Part shown: positions 50,219 to 60,796 of the stretch, in pieces
Position numbering within the stretch: the first letter of the stretch is position 1
Layout: each line of letters starts with the position of its first letter
NCBI GenBank assembly: GCA_044507735.1
Contig: JBIQJB010000001.1
Location: forward strand, 32,001-96,000
DNA length: 64,000 nt
Source: Nitrosopumilales archaeon
GTDB taxonomy: Archaea; Thermoproteota; Nitrososphaeria; Nitrososphaerales; Nitrososphaeraceae
Direction of reading: 5' to 3'
Position numbers and translations under genes: made by a program
Notes under the pieces: model-generated
What the model saw: the letters and a program-made list of their open reading frames with translations, nothing else
What the model was told of the DNA's origin: nothing
The model's database searches: none

Positions 50219-50629
50219 TTAGGAACCTTCTTCATCACTGTCCTCGTCATAGTCCAGTTTTTCATCGATCTTTTTCTGCAATTCTTTGTACTGGTTGTAC
50301 CTTTTTGTCCACTTTGACAGCAGGAACCATTGTCTAATGCCTATTCCTATCCATACTAGGACTGTTATGAGTACGACTGCTTGCACTACTCTGAAAGAAG
50401 GGTTGTCCGGGGGCCCGCCCCTTTCAAACGGCGGTCCTCTTTCGTCAAACCTGCCGTCAGAGATCGTCTCTCCCAGCACCAGAAAGGTGATGAAATGTGT
50501 TAGAGGAACAATGACAACAAATGAGACTATCATGAGGATAAACAACCTCTTGGTCTTGTTCAGTTGGTAGACTATCTCATCCATTGCTCTGAAGACGTTT
50601 TCTACGGGCTTGTCGTCATTGCTTGTCAC
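50219..50629 (-). CDS. hypothetical membrane protein
   Basis: Two TM segments; WIGIGIRQW..LSKW. Confidence 0.7.
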   Translation of the reverse strand: MTSNDDKPVENVFRAMDEIVYQLNKTKRLFILMIVSFVVIVPLTHFITFLVLGETISDGRFDERGPPFERGGPPDNPSFRVVQAVVLITVLVWIGIGIRQWFLLSKWTKRYNQYKELQKKIDEKLDYDEDSDEEGS

Positions 50630-50666
50630 TATCTAAGGTTCCCTCCTGTTCATTATAAGAAATGTA

Positions 50667-50679
50667 GTAACAATGTTAC
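50667..50679. promoter_or_regulatory. palindromic operator GTAAC-AAT-GTTAC
   Basis: Next to TTATAA (50653-50658) upstream of 50629; same palindrome at 51157 and 51881. Confidence 0.6.
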
Positions 50680-50709
50680 CTGTAGCACTCGCCACAAACA
50701 TCGTAACCA

Positions 50710-51003
50710 TCACTTTTCTCCCTCGCCTCTTGGGAAAAGCACTTCATATGGTTCTAGTATCTCGCGAAATACCGCTTTCCCTTTTTCCGAGACCTTGTAC
50801 TTGATTATTGTCTTGTTGCCCCATGCCTCTTCAAATCTCACTATCAAGTCTTTCTCGACCATGTCATCAATTATCGCCTTATGTTTCACGTTGTTCAATC
50901 CGCAGTAGCTCATCAATTTGCTCTGATTGAGCTCCCCGTACTCTGACAGCTTTAGTATCACGTCCTTCCTGATGTAGATTCTGTCGCGGTATTCGTGGAC
51001 CAA
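50710..51003 (-). CDS. winged helix-turn-helix transcriptional regulator
   Basis: YRDRIYI..DVI...LNQSKLMSYCGLN...YKVSEKG. Confidence 0.85.
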   Translation of the reverse strand: MVHEYRDRIYIRKDVILKLSEYGELNQSKLMSYCGLNNVKHKAIIDDMVEKDLIVRFEEAWGNKTIIKYKVSEKGKAVFREILEPYEVLFPRGEGEK

Positions 51004-51155
51004 TTTAGCTAGATGTCTCGGGGTTAATAGCTACAGGAGGATAGTTGTATAATGGAAAGTAGCAATAGCCCTCGTTATGGAAAGGCATGTTTCTCACTAG
51101 CATCACGGCATTCACTTCCTAAAATGGCTTCTCTGCTGAACTACATTAACTGTGT

Positions 51156-51186
51156 GGTAACAAAGTTACGTGTCAAGGGTTAACAA
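51156..51186 (+). promoter_or_regulatory. duplicated 31-bp promoter/operator, copy 1
   Basis: GGTAACAAAGTTACGTGTCAAGGGTTAACAA; 30/31 identical to 51880-51910. Confidence 0.75.
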
Positions 51187-51211
51187 GAGATAAAATAATT
51201 TATGCGGAATT

Positions 51212-51592
51212 GTGCGCATGGCAAATTCAAAACTTGTGGTCGGAGTAGGGCTGGCGGCAACTGCGCTTGCCCTGGTCTTGCCCAATCTTGTAGCCGGAAT
51301 AGCGGTACTGGGCTTGGCTCTTGGAACGGCGTTCAATATAGCAGCGATAATGTTGTCTGCAGCGGCGTTCGCTGTATCTTGGAGGCAGAGGTCTTATCTA
51401 ATTGCAGGACTTTTGGCCATAACAGGTGTCATATACATGATACCCGCTCTCGTGGCTCTAGCAAGTATAAGCTTTGCAGTCATTGTGGTCCCGGGTCCTA
51501 TCTTGGGAGTCATCTTTGGACTGATCATACTCGGGCTCGGTGTGGCAAAAGGGATCAGGACAGCCAAGGTGGTGGTTGCACCCGCCAGATAA
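51212..51592 (+). CDS. hypothetical membrane protein
   Basis: Four hydrophobic helices. Confidence 0.65.
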   Translation: MRMANSKLVVGVGLAATALALVLPNLVAGIAVLGLALGTAFNIAAIMLSAAAFAVSWRQRSYLIAGLLAITGVIYMIPALVALASISFAVIVVPGPILGVIFGLIILGLGVAKGIRTAKVVVAPAR

Positions 51593-51879
51593 CCTCCACT
51601 TTATTTCCTTGTTTTTTGTTTATTCTCTAGATCAGTAATTGCACGGTTTGTTTTCCTGATTGTTGAAGCGGTGGACGTCGAACCAAAGTGCGACTGCAGG
51701 TACGCGCACAAAAAATATAGCATTCGTGAGGCTGAAAATAGGGCAGAGTATAACTGCGTCATTCAATTGAGAATGTTTGCACCGGACACATCACGCTTAT
51801 GGTAGACATAGATGCGCATACACCAAGAATGCGATTGGCTTGTTTTTTCTCACTATTGTTGCTGTTCAAGTGGCTGCCA

Positions 51880-51910
51880 GGTAACAAAGTTACGTGTCAA
51901 GGGTCAACAA
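51880..51910 (+). promoter_or_regulatory. duplicated 31-bp promoter/operator, copy 2
   Basis: GGTAACAAAGTTACGTGTCAAGGGTCAACAA, 31 nt before ATG 51942. Confidence 0.75.
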
Positions 51911-51941
51911 TGGTTAAAATAATTCTCTTGCAAGTTTACGC

Positions 51942-52472
51942 ATGTCAACAAGTCTCCTGAGCAAGAAGATGCTTGTGGTTGCTATCTTGGTTGTCGGTGC
52001 AGTGTCTGCTATCTTGGTGACATCATCGTACATGGCGCAGGCAGCGGCACAACAGCAACAGGAACAGCAGAAAAGAATGATAATGTGGCTGGACGGGAGA
52101 GGGGATCTGCCACAGATAAATGGTTCTGTGAGTGTGACGGAAGAAGCAAGTAATTTCATCAGCGAAAACGCCAATGTTTCATTTGTTACCGCTGCAGAGA
52201 CGGCTCAGGGCCAGGTTCCTGATGGGAGAGTATTTGGTGGTCACATGGGCGTTGTGCAGGGCTACCTTGTATACACATTCTTTGTGGCAAATACTGGAAA
52301 TCAGACTGGTCATGTGGTAATAGTTGATGCAGGAAACGGAAGCGTCCTCTATACTTCGGAAGGCCATTCGCTGGGATCCTTTGGTCCGCTGGGTGGTCAC
52401 TGGGGCGGCCATGGTGGCTTTGCCGGATGGCACGGACCCTGGAAGGGTCGCCACTGGGGTATGTGGGGCTAG
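51942..52472 (+). CDS. secreted PepSY-domain protein
   Basis: Signal peptide; VSFVTAAETA, QGYLVY, VIVDAGNGSVLY; His/Gly/Trp-rich tail. Confidence 0.8.
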   Translation: MSTSLLSKKMLVVAILVVGAVSAILVTSSYMAQAAAQQQQEQQKRMIMWLDGRGDLPQINGSVSVTEEASNFISENANVSFVTAAETAQGQVPDGRVFGGHMGVVQGYLVYTFFVANTGNQTGHVVIVDAGNGSVLYTSEGHSLGSFGPLGGHWGGHGGFAGWHGPWKGRHWGMWG

Positions 52473-52927
52473 CCCCCTCCTTTCTCCTTTTTTTGTATGA
52501 TTTGTATGAAGGACATATTGATGGCTCAGCAGCACTGGTACAAAAACATACAAGCATTTTTCTGCAGGTCTGGTCATCCACTTGGCAAAAATTGCACTTG
52601 GATTTTTCCGCATAACTCTAGTTTCCTGTGAGTTATAGGATTTGAATCTGGATTGCCAATGCACATATACTTTTGGAGATCTGTTTCATGCTTTTTGATC
52701 ATTTCATCATGGTCGCAAGTGCAGGAGAGAGATGCAAATTGCGAATACCTCCGAAATTTTGGCAACACTAGGAATATTGTTGGAGCAAACATAGTACTAG
52801 CCACCACCACGCAAATTCTGCATGGACTCTGACAGTCGCCTGAAATGTTGGCAGAAGGAGACAGCTCCAAATACCTGAAACCTATCAGTAGAATAATATA
52901 CTGCGTGTAAGCTACAGACGCCCACAT

Positions 52928-53932
52928 ATGCCCGCCAAGAAATGGCTTGATGATCAGGTGTCATTGGCTCCGCTGGAGAACCAGACTGTTGCAGTTATCG
53001 GCTACGGTATTCAGGGACGCGCTCAGGCGTCCAACATGAAGGATTCTGGGATAAACGTCATAGTCGGCCTCAGGAAGGGAGGCGCGACCTGGAAGCAGGC
53101 CGAGGCTGAGGGGCACAAGGTCATGGAAGTTGGAGAGGCCGCCAAGACAGCCGACATTATTCACATCTTGATCCCCGATATGGAGCAGGCAAACACTTAT
53201 GCAAAAGAGATTGCCAAACATATGACTGAAGGCAAAGCACTTTCATTTTCACACGGCGCTGCGATTCACTGGAAGTGGATTGTTCCTCCAAATAACGTCG
53301 ACGTCATTATGGTCGCGCCAAAGGGCCCAGGTCAGCGTGTCCGGGAGTTGTATCAAGAAGGCTTTGGGACTCCATCACTTGTAGCTGTCTATCAAGATCA
53401 TACTGGCAAGGCATGGGACCGCGTCCTCGCCCTGGCAAAGGCGATAGGCAGTACCCGCCCTGGCGTGTTGCAGACGAGTTTCAAGGAAGAAGTAGAGACT
53501 GACTGGTTTGGTGAACAGGTGGACCTTTGTGGCGGAGCACATGCGATGGTGATGAACGCATTTGAGACTCTTGTAGAGGCAGGCTACCAGCCAGAGGTCG
53601 CATATTTCGAGTGTCTCCATGAGCTAAAGCTGATCGTAGATCTGATCCAAAAGTACGGCATTACGGGTATGTACAATCGCGTCAGCGAAACCGCAAGATA
53701 TGGTGGGCTCACCCGCGGGCCACGCGTGGTAGACAAACAGGCCAAGGAAAAGATGAAGGAAGCGCTGAGAGAGATCCAGTCAGGTGAATTCGCAGAAGAG
53801 TGGGTCAGCAGGTACAAGAAGGAAGGCAAGGACTCATTTGCACGCTACATGAAAGAGATCGAGAATCACCCGATAGAAAAGGTAGGCAAAGAGATGCGGC
53901 GGATGATGTGGCCGGATGCTCCCGAGGTATAG
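52928..53932 (+). CDS. ilvC: ketol-acid reductoisomerase
   Basis: VIGYGIQG, FSHG, MVAPKGPG, ETDWFGEQ, AYFECLHE, VSETARYG. Confidence 0.97.
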   Translation: MPAKKWLDDQVSLAPLENQTVAVIGYGIQGRAQASNMKDSGINVIVGLRKGGATWKQAEAEGHKVMEVGEAAKTADIIHILIPDMEQANTYAKEIAKHMTEGKALSFSHGAAIHWKWIVPPNNVDVIMVAPKGPGQRVRELYQEGFGTPSLVAVYQDHTGKAWDRVLALAKAIGSTRPGVLQTSFKEEVETDWFGEQVDLCGGAHAMVMNAFETLVEAGYQPEVAYFECLHELKLIVDLIQKYGITGMYNRVSETARYGGLTRGPRVVDKQAKEKMKEALREIQSGEFAEEWVSRYKKEGKDSFARYMKEIENHPIEKVGKEMRRMMWPDAPEV

Positions 53933-54592
53933 AGAGCGCCTCGTAGAGCAACTGCCATGTGAACCCGCTGGCTGGAGTCTCCCTTCTTTGCCCTCCGAGT
54001 CTGACATTCAGACAGCCGGTATCCTGCCTACCAAGCCGATTGTGATTTTTTCCGTCCTTTGGAGCCTCCGTGGTGATCCTTTCCATCTTGCCATACAGCC
54101 ACTTCCAATGCAGCTGTGCAGGTAGCCAAGCCAGTAGCCGCCAGCATGCAGAAATGCACTGGGAACATCATTATCGCGTTGGAAACCTGATAAAAAGTTA
54201 AAGAGTTAGAAGTTCGTGACAACAACTTCATGCCGCATCGAATACACCACTTGATAAAGTTTTGATAATCAATCCTGTATTCATTAAGTGTGCTCTGGTG
54301 CCCCGTTCTTTCTTATCCCAATGTTCCGATCATTTCATAGTATCCTTTAGATCCAGAAACTCCAATTATGATACGGATGCTGCATGGGCATGCTGCAAGG
54401 CAACACATAGCTGTTCGTCAAACATTCAATGCAACCTGCATGGATGAAAGGATGGCGCGCGAGATCCATGAGGCTCTAAGGCTCCAAGGTTTTGGCTTGC
54501 ATGCGTTAGAACGATTCGTTCAGGATAGAGATGGAACTACTGATGCACTGCATTGCAATGTGTTCCCGCAACTTAATAGCATCAGATAACCG

Positions 54593-54994
54593 ATGAATCG
54601 CATGACACAATCTGAAATTGCGGGTCTCCAGGAGGTTAGGCGCAAATTCAAGGAAGCTCGCGCAACATATCAAAGCGTATTGCCAAAGGTTGACCCGGCC
54701 CTGATCGACGATCTGTTGGAAAGGCTGGAAACAGGTGGAAAGGAATCATTGCCATATACCATCGAAGTATTCACAAGAAATGGCGTTGACACTGACGCGG
54801 CGAGGGAGTACATCATCTCAAAGACGGGCCAGACGCCTGCGATATTTGACGACGGGACTCATTTTGTAACCAACCAAAAGCTGACTCTGGAAATGCTAAA
54901 GGAGATCTCTGACTCGCCCGATGTCGAAGCAGTGCATGGGACCTTTTGCGGCGGCACAGGGATGCGCGGAGCGTATTTCGAGAGAAGACGCTAA
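54593..54994 (+). CDS. conserved hypothetical protein
   Basis: 133-aa ORF; TTAATA upstream; PAIFDDGTHFVTNQKLTLEML. Confidence 0.65.
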   Translation: MNRMTQSEIAGLQEVRRKFKEARATYQSVLPKVDPALIDDLLERLETGGKESLPYTIEVFTRNGVDTDAAREYIISKTGQTPAIFDDGTHFVTNQKLTLEMLKEISDSPDVEAVHGTFCGGTGMRGAYFERRR

Positions 54995-55178
54995 TGTCCT
55001 ACATTTTTGTCATGCCAACCACTCTTGCAACAGCAAACTGTGATTTTCACGCTTTACTAGAAACTTTCATTGGTAGAAAGGAATTGGCTCGTCACCCGAG
55101 TCCTCGACAAGATTCTAGAGGTCCCAAGGTAGTGGAAATGCCTCTATTGCATCGGAGTCTGGCCTTGGTGATTGTCTC

Positions 55179-55556
55179 GTGACTACAAGATACGCGGTTG
55201 CATGTAGCATGACTTCTACAGCAAGTAAAAAAATCGTAATGATGGCTCTGCTTGGGTCAGCACTTGTTTCAGGCATCTTGGCATTTGGTGGCGATCTGAA
55301 AGTAGCGCACGCGGATGATGACGACGATGAGGATGAAGACATCATCTTTGGCCTCGGGGGCAGAAGCCGCGAAGCGCCCGACGACGATGATGATGAGCGC
55401 GGTAGCGGCAGCCTTTTTGGAGCGGACATCTCAAGCTTGGTATTGGTGGGAACCGTTGCGGCCGTCTTGGGCACTGTCGGGTATTCGGGATACAAGCTAC
55501 TGAGGATTCGCCAAAAGAGACCCACTGTTCCCAAAGGAAGCAGCAAGTCAACCTAG
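55179..55556 (+). CDS. hypothetical protein (signal peptide, acidic tract, TM)
   Basis: AHA-DDDDDEDED; C-terminal TM. Confidence 0.6.
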   Translation: MTTRYAVACSMTSTASKKIVMMALLGSALVSGILAFGGDLKVAHADDDDDEDEDIIFGLGGRSREAPDDDDDERGSGSLFGADISSLVLVGTVAAVLGTVGYSGYKLLRIRQKRPTVPKGSSKST

Positions 55557-55569
55557 GCGTGTTGCATCT

Positions 55570-56097
55570 ATGCCTAGACATGCTCTTTTGGTGATAGTGG
55601 TTACAGCAGTCTTGGCGTGTAGTGTTGTTCTACCAACAAGAAGTGCGCTTGCCGACGATGACTTGGGTGGCAGCGGAAGGGGGTCGGCTGTGACCCTTGG
55701 CTGGGTGGCGATAGGCGCAGGGTTGGTTGCAAACATTCCGTTTCTCCTCTATATCAGAGTCAAGAGAGTGTCTGTGACGACGCTGGGAGGAGGACACGAG
55801 ATAACAAGGGGTCTGGCGGTACAGCACCCAGTTGTTGTCAACTTCCACATGTGGATGAACCTAGTAGGTTTTGCAGCAGGGGCTGCTCACGGCATTGTCC
55901 TGTTGGGAGGTCTCGATGCCATTTCACTCTCTCTTGCAATCATCATGACCGTGATGGTAGTATCGGGCATAGCCCTTCGCTTCTCTTCAAGAAACGCTAG
56001 GGTCTTTGCAAAGGTGTTGCATGGGCAAATCGTGCTATCTGCAATGCTCGTGTTGCTGGTAGTGCTCCATGTCCTATCAATGGGTGGTTTTGATTGA
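55570..56097 (+). CDS. membrane protein with four TM histidines (cytochrome b/ferric-reductase-like)
   Basis: NFHMW, AAHGI, VLHGQ, VLHVL. Confidence 0.6.
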   Translation: MPRHALLVIVVTAVLACSVVLPTRSALADDDLGGSGRGSAVTLGWVAIGAGLVANIPFLLYIRVKRVSVTTLGGGHEITRGLAVQHPVVVNFHMWMNLVGFAAGAAHGIVLLGGLDAISLSLAIIMTVMVVSGIALRFSSRNARVFAKVLHGQIVLSAMLVLLVVLHVLSMGGFD

Positions 56098-56328
56098 TGC
56101 CTTTGTAGCGGATGCGAAAATCTCTTTCAACAAGAGTGGGTTTTTTGCAAGTCCCAGCCCGGGGGCCCTTTGTGAAAAGCATCTGCGTTAGTCTGGCCAA
56201 TCACAAATCGGACAGCACCGTTGCGACGTTTTTTTCATTCATCCTCCTCTTGGCCTCTCCGGATGGCACGGAGCCAAGAGGGGTATTGCTCATCAATCTT
56301 TATATCAAAAAATGATGCAATGATTCTG

Positions 56329-56799
56329 ATGAAGATCATTAGCGCGATGCATGGTATGCCTGCCATGGACAAGGCAGAGGTTGACAAGTTTCTTGAAAGC
56401 AAGCTCAACATCCAGCTGGCTACAATAGATGAAATGGGTGATCCAAACATCCATCCAGTGTGGTTCCACCACGACAAAGATACCGGGGATCTCTATGTCG
56501 CCACAAACAAGATGTCGAGGAAGATACGTAACGTCCGAAGCAAACCAAACGTCTACTTTTCAATCGATGACGAAAATTTTCCGTACAGGGGAGTTAAAGG
56601 CAAGGGGACCGCGACCATAGTTGAAGATCCAAAAATAGTTGTGCCCATTGCCGAGAAGCTCAACATGAAGTACCTCGGGACGCTGGATCACCCTGTTGCC
56701 AAGATGATCATTGAAAATGCGAAAAGCGGCAACGAGATACTCTTGAGGATAAAGCCCAGGTTCTTCTCAACGTGGGACTTTGGCAAGGCGCAAGGTTAG
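56329..56799 (+). CDS. pyridoxamine 5'-phosphate oxidase family protein
   Basis: LATIDEMGDPNIHPVWF, RKIRNV...PNVYFSID, GVKGKG; TTTATAT about 25 nt before ATG 56329. Confidence 0.88.
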   Translation: MKIISAMHGMPAMDKAEVDKFLESKLNIQLATIDEMGDPNIHPVWFHHDKDTGDLYVATNKMSRKIRNVRSKPNVYFSIDDENFPYRGVKGKGTATIVEDPKIVVPIAEKLNMKYLGTLDHPVAKMIIENAKSGNEILLRIKPRFFSTWDFGKAQG

Positions 56800-57230
56800 C
56801 GCTTGCGCACGTTTTCTGTGATGTGTTTGATTATGACTGGCAGCGGGGTTCCTGGCCCGAAGTTGCCCTTGACTCCCTGCTTTTCCAGCTCTTTCCGGTC
56901 GCTTTCTGGTATGATTCCTCCACCAACAACCAATATGTCGTCTGCTCCCTTTTCCTTGAGCAGCCTGGCAACTTTTGGGAAAAGAGTAAGGTGCGCGCCA
57001 TTCAGCAGGCTCATCGCCACTACGTCAACGTCCTCGTCAATGGCCATGTTTGCGACTTGCTCTGGCGTGCAGAATAGCCCGGAGTAGATTACCTCCATAC
57101 CTGCGTCGCGGAACGCCCTGCATATCACCAAAGCGCCTCTGTCATGCCCGTCCAGCCCAAGCTTGCTTACCAGTACACGAATTGGCTTTTGCCGCTGTTC
57201 TTGTTGTTGTTGCTCCTGCTGTGCCGCCAT
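56796..57230 (-). CDS. methylmalonyl-CoA mutase small (cobalamin-binding) subunit
   Basis: KLGLDGHDRGA (DxHxxG), GMEVIYSG, VGGGIIP. Confidence 0.93.
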   Translation of the reverse strand: MAAQQEQQQQEQRQKPIRVLVSKLGLDGHDRGALVICRAFRDAGMEVIYSGLFCTPEQVANMAIDEDVDVVAMSLLNGAHLTLFPKVARLLKEKGADDILVVGGGIIPESDRKELEKQGVKGNFGPGTPLPVIIKHITENVRKR

Positions 57231-57344
57231 ATTACACTTGGGAGATTGGCTTTTCCTCTTAAAATATTTATTCAATTCTGAAATGAATCGTCAAGCCTAT
57301 CGTTTAGTATAAAGTCATAAATAGAAATGCCTCCATACTAACGC

Positions 57345-57512
57345 ATGGCCTCACCATCTGAGGAAGTGGAAGAACTCAGGGAAAAAACTGTGAGGGAACA
57401 GATGGACCTTTACAGGCAACTGAAAGAGCATCTGGTCCATGAAGTTGAAAGGTACAGGAGCCTGGGCAACGACAGGCTTGCCAACGTTATCGCCGAATCG
57501 CTTGGAAAATGA
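57345..57512 (+). CDS. small hypothetical protein (55 aa), not in the ORF track
   Basis: MASPSEEVEELREKTVREQMDLYRQLKEHLVHEVERYRSLGNDRLANVIAESLGK; CATAAATA at -29..-22. Confidence 0.55.
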   Translation: MASPSEEVEELREKTVREQMDLYRQLKEHLVHEVERYRSLGNDRLANVIAESLGK

Positions 57513-57915
57513 ATCCCAAGAAACGTACCTGTCAAAAAGCCTTTGCTAGAGGTTAGACAATTCTGCTCCAGACAATCAGTCGGATCCATCGTGCAATTTG
57601 TGAAGTATGAATTGGTGGTAGCTACCTGAGCCATGAAAGCTGAAGACCTGCCAAGAAAGTTGGCAGGGGTCGCTTCAGACCTTGGGCGCAAAGGCTACTT
57701 GTGACTATGATACTTTGGTCAGCGCGCAGGGTGAACCGGCCATATTTTTGCTCAAGGAAGAGAGGGATTGGCGCTGATCGCAGAAAGCCCGGGGTTCATC
57801 AAGGCGGCGGAGGAGTGGGCACACATACTGCGAATATTTTTCGTAGCTTCCCACCCCTCTTCTCAATTCTTGATTGTTTGAAGAATTAATATTGTACACG
57901 GTATAACACCGTGCT

Positions 57916-58839
57916 GTGCTTCCGATAGTTAAGGGCTTGCTAGCAGGCGAGCGGCGCGCCTTGGCAAGGGCAATATCGATCGTGGATAACGATGAGCCCG
58001 AATCCCGAGAAATCATCAGGCAGATATTTGGCAAGACCGGCAAGGCAAGGACCGTTGGCTTCACCGGGCCCGGAGGCGCAGGCAAGAGCTCACTTGTAGG
58101 CAGGCTCATACCGGAATGCCAAGCACTTGGATACAAGGTGGCAGTGCTTGCAGTGGACCCGACGAGTCCGATCACTGGCGGTGCGATACTTGGCGACAGG
58201 GTCAGGATGCAGGGCAACCTGGACAATCAGGAGGTATTCATGAGGAGCATGGCCTCAAGGGGCGCAGTGGGCGGGGTTTCCAAGTCACTGAGAAACGCAA
58301 TAAGGGTCCTTGATGCGGCGGGCTATGACCTAATACTGGTCGAAAGTGTTGGTGCGGGCCAGCTTGAAGTGGAAATAACCAAAGTCGTGGATCTGACTGC
58401 GGTGGTATTTACGCCGCATACTGGAGACAATGTCCAGGCCGTCAAGGCCGGCCTGACGGAAGTGGGAGACATGTATATCGTCAACAAGTCAGACCTTGAA
58501 GGCGCCGCAGCGCTATATCGCACAATAGTCGACCTAATAGGCGACACGGAGCGCAAACCGACGGTGGTAAAGGCTTCTGCCAAGACGGGAAAGGGCATCC
58601 GGGAATTAGCCAAGAGTATTGATAAGTTACTAAAGGAAAAAAGCATTAATTATAAAGAACGGGAAAGAAAGATGCTGGAGGACGAGTTGAGGGACATGGT
58701 TCTAGATATGGTTAAGAAAAAGGCTTCGTCAATGCTTTCCGGTAACAAGAAATATTCAGAGTTTGTTGAAAAGCTGGTGAGAAAAGAGGTCGACCCCTAC
58801 GAGGCAGCCGAAGAGCTGGCCAATGGCCTTCTCAGGTGA
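57916..58839 (+). CDS. meaB: methylmalonyl-CoA mutase-associated GTPase MeaB
   Basis: GPGGAGKSS, AVDPTSP, GDRVRM, ESVGAGQ, NKSD. Confidence 0.95.
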   Translation: MLPIVKGLLAGERRALARAISIVDNDEPESREIIRQIFGKTGKARTVGFTGPGGAGKSSLVGRLIPECQALGYKVAVLAVDPTSPITGGAILGDRVRMQGNLDNQEVFMRSMASRGAVGGVSKSLRNAIRVLDAAGYDLILVESVGAGQLEVEITKVVDLTAVVFTPHTGDNVQAVKAGLTEVGDMYIVNKSDLEGAAALYRTIVDLIGDTERKPTVVKASAKTGKGIRELAKSIDKLLKEKSINYKERERKMLEDELRDMVLDMVKKKASSMLSGNKKYSEFVEKLVRKEVDPYEAAEELANGLLR

Positions 58840-58846
58840 TCATGAC

Positions 58847-60454
58847 ATGGCATCGACCACAACAAAGAAGCAACAGGACAACTTCAAGACTGACTCAAAC
58901 ATACCTGTCAAGCGCGTTTACAATAAGAAAGATCTAGAAAAATTCAAAGGCAAGCTTTCAGAGGAACCCGGCAAGTACCCGTTTACGCGCGGCCTCTATC
59001 CCAATATGTACCGCGAGCGGCTGTGGACCATGCGCCAGTACAGCGGCTTTGGCAGTGCGGAGGAGACAAACAAGCGCTTCAAGTTCCTTCTTGATCACGG
59101 CCAGACCGGGTTATCGCTGGCGTTTGACCTGCCGACCCAAACAGGAAGGGACTCTGACGATCCTCAGTCGGAAGGCGAAGTAGGCAGGACTGGAGTTGCG
59201 ATCAGCTCCATAAAGGACATGATGACCTGCTTTGACGGAATCCCGCTTGACAAGGTCAGCACGTCGATGACAATTAATTCCACTGCGTCGACACTTCTGT
59301 CACTCTATATCACTGTCGCAGAGTCGCAGGGCGTGTCGCCAGACCAGCTGCGCGGAACCACACAGAACGACATTCTGAAGGAATATGTTGCCCGCAACAC
59401 GTACATCTACCCACCCAAGCCCTCGATGCGCCTTATTGGAGACATGATAGAATTTTGCTCGAAGAAGGTACCACAGTGGTACCCGATTAGCATCTCTGGC
59501 TACCACATGAGGGAGGCTGGCTGCAACGCAGTGCAGGAGCTGGCGTTCACGTTTGCAAATGCTATTGAATACATCGAGACTTGCACCGCCAGAGGAATGA
59601 AGGTAGACGATTTTGCCCCACGTCTTTCGTTCTTTTTCTGCTGTACAATGGAGTTCTTTGAAGAGATCGCCAAGTTCAGGGCTGCAAGGCGCATCTATGC
59701 CAAGATAATGAAGGAGCGCTTCCGAGCCAAAGACGCAAAGTCGATGCATCTCCGCTTCCACGTCCAGACGTCCGGCGAGTCGCTGACTGCGCAGCAGGTG
59801 GACAACAACATCGTCAGGGTAGCGACCGAAGCCCTTGCAGCGGTGCTTGGCGGCTGCCAGTCGCTCCATACCAACTCTCGCGACGAGGCACTCGCGCTGC
59901 CGACTGAAGAGTCTGTCAAAATTGCCCTCCGCACCCAGCAGATAATTGCCACCGAGACTGGAGTGGTAAAGACCGTCGACCCGATGGCCGGCTCGTACTA
60001 TGTAGAATACCTGACCAACATGATAGAGGACGGGGTGAACAAGTACCTCAAGAAGATAGACAAGATGGGCGGAGCGATGGCTGCTATTGAAAGGGGATTC
60101 TTCCAAGAGGAGATCAGGAACAATGCTTACCGGCTAAAGAAGGAAATTGACGAAAATAAGCGCGTTATTGTTGGCGTCAACAAGTACCAAGATGCACATG
60201 ATGTGGAGCCAAAGCTCAACAGGATAGACCAAGAGATAGAAAACAGGCAGGTGGCGAGGCTAAAAGAGCTAAAGAACACACGTGACAAGACAAAGGTCGA
60301 TCATGCATTGTCGCAGCTCCAGTCCGCTGCAGAAAAGGATGAGAACCTGATGCCTCACATAATCAATGCAGTAAAGAACTACAGCACACTCGGGGAGATA
60401 AGCGCCACTCTTAGAACAGTCTTTGGGAAGTACGAACCCAAGATATCGTTCTAG
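58847..60454 (+). CDS. methylmalonyl-CoA mutase large subunit
   Basis: PGKYPFTRG, WTMRQYSGF, GTTQNDILKEY, ISISGYH, QSLHTN; ATG 58847 after AGGTGA. Confidence 0.96.
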   Translation: MASTTTKKQQDNFKTDSNIPVKRVYNKKDLEKFKGKLSEEPGKYPFTRGLYPNMYRERLWTMRQYSGFGSAEETNKRFKFLLDHGQTGLSLAFDLPTQTGRDSDDPQSEGEVGRTGVAISSIKDMMTCFDGIPLDKVSTSMTINSTASTLLSLYITVAESQGVSPDQLRGTTQNDILKEYVARNTYIYPPKPSMRLIGDMIEFCSKKVPQWYPISISGYHMREAGCNAVQELAFTFANAIEYIETCTARGMKVDDFAPRLSFFFCCTMEFFEEIAKFRAARRIYAKIMKERFRAKDAKSMHLRFHVQTSGESLTAQQVDNNIVRVATEALAAVLGGCQSLHTNSRDEALALPTEESVKIALRTQQIIATETGVVKTVDPMAGSYYVEYLTNMIEDGVNKYLKKIDKMGGAMAAIERGFFQEEIRNNAYRLKKEIDENKRVIVGVNKYQDAHDVEPKLNRIDQEIENRQVARLKELKNTRDKTKVDHALSQLQSAAEKDENLMPHIINAVKNYSTLGEISATLRTVFGKYEPKISF

Positions 60455-60796
60455 CATTTGGCAGTTGTTAAATTGGACACAAGTAATCTCTCCGTGCAGG
60501 CGGTAATCAAAGGAATAGGGACACACATTGTCTCAAACTAGTGCAGAGGACATTCGCAACTAGGAAAGACTCTTGCAGAGCAAGAGCAGGGATAAGGCCA
60601 GACCTTGGACAAAAAGTCCTGGTACAACTTAGAGGAACATGATGCCAAATTCCTCCACAAAATCTCGCCTGCGTTGCGCTGAGTTGCCAGCGTCGCTATT
60701 CTTGCGCTTCCTCCATTGTGTCGCTAGTGATATCTCCTTATCAGCTACAATATTTATTAGATTAAATAAACTGTCAAACAAAGATAAAGATCCAAA

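Noticed and set aside
42947-60106. Long antisense ORFs over thermosome, cdc48, meaB and mcm
   Set aside because: Shadow frames of well-identified housekeeping genes.
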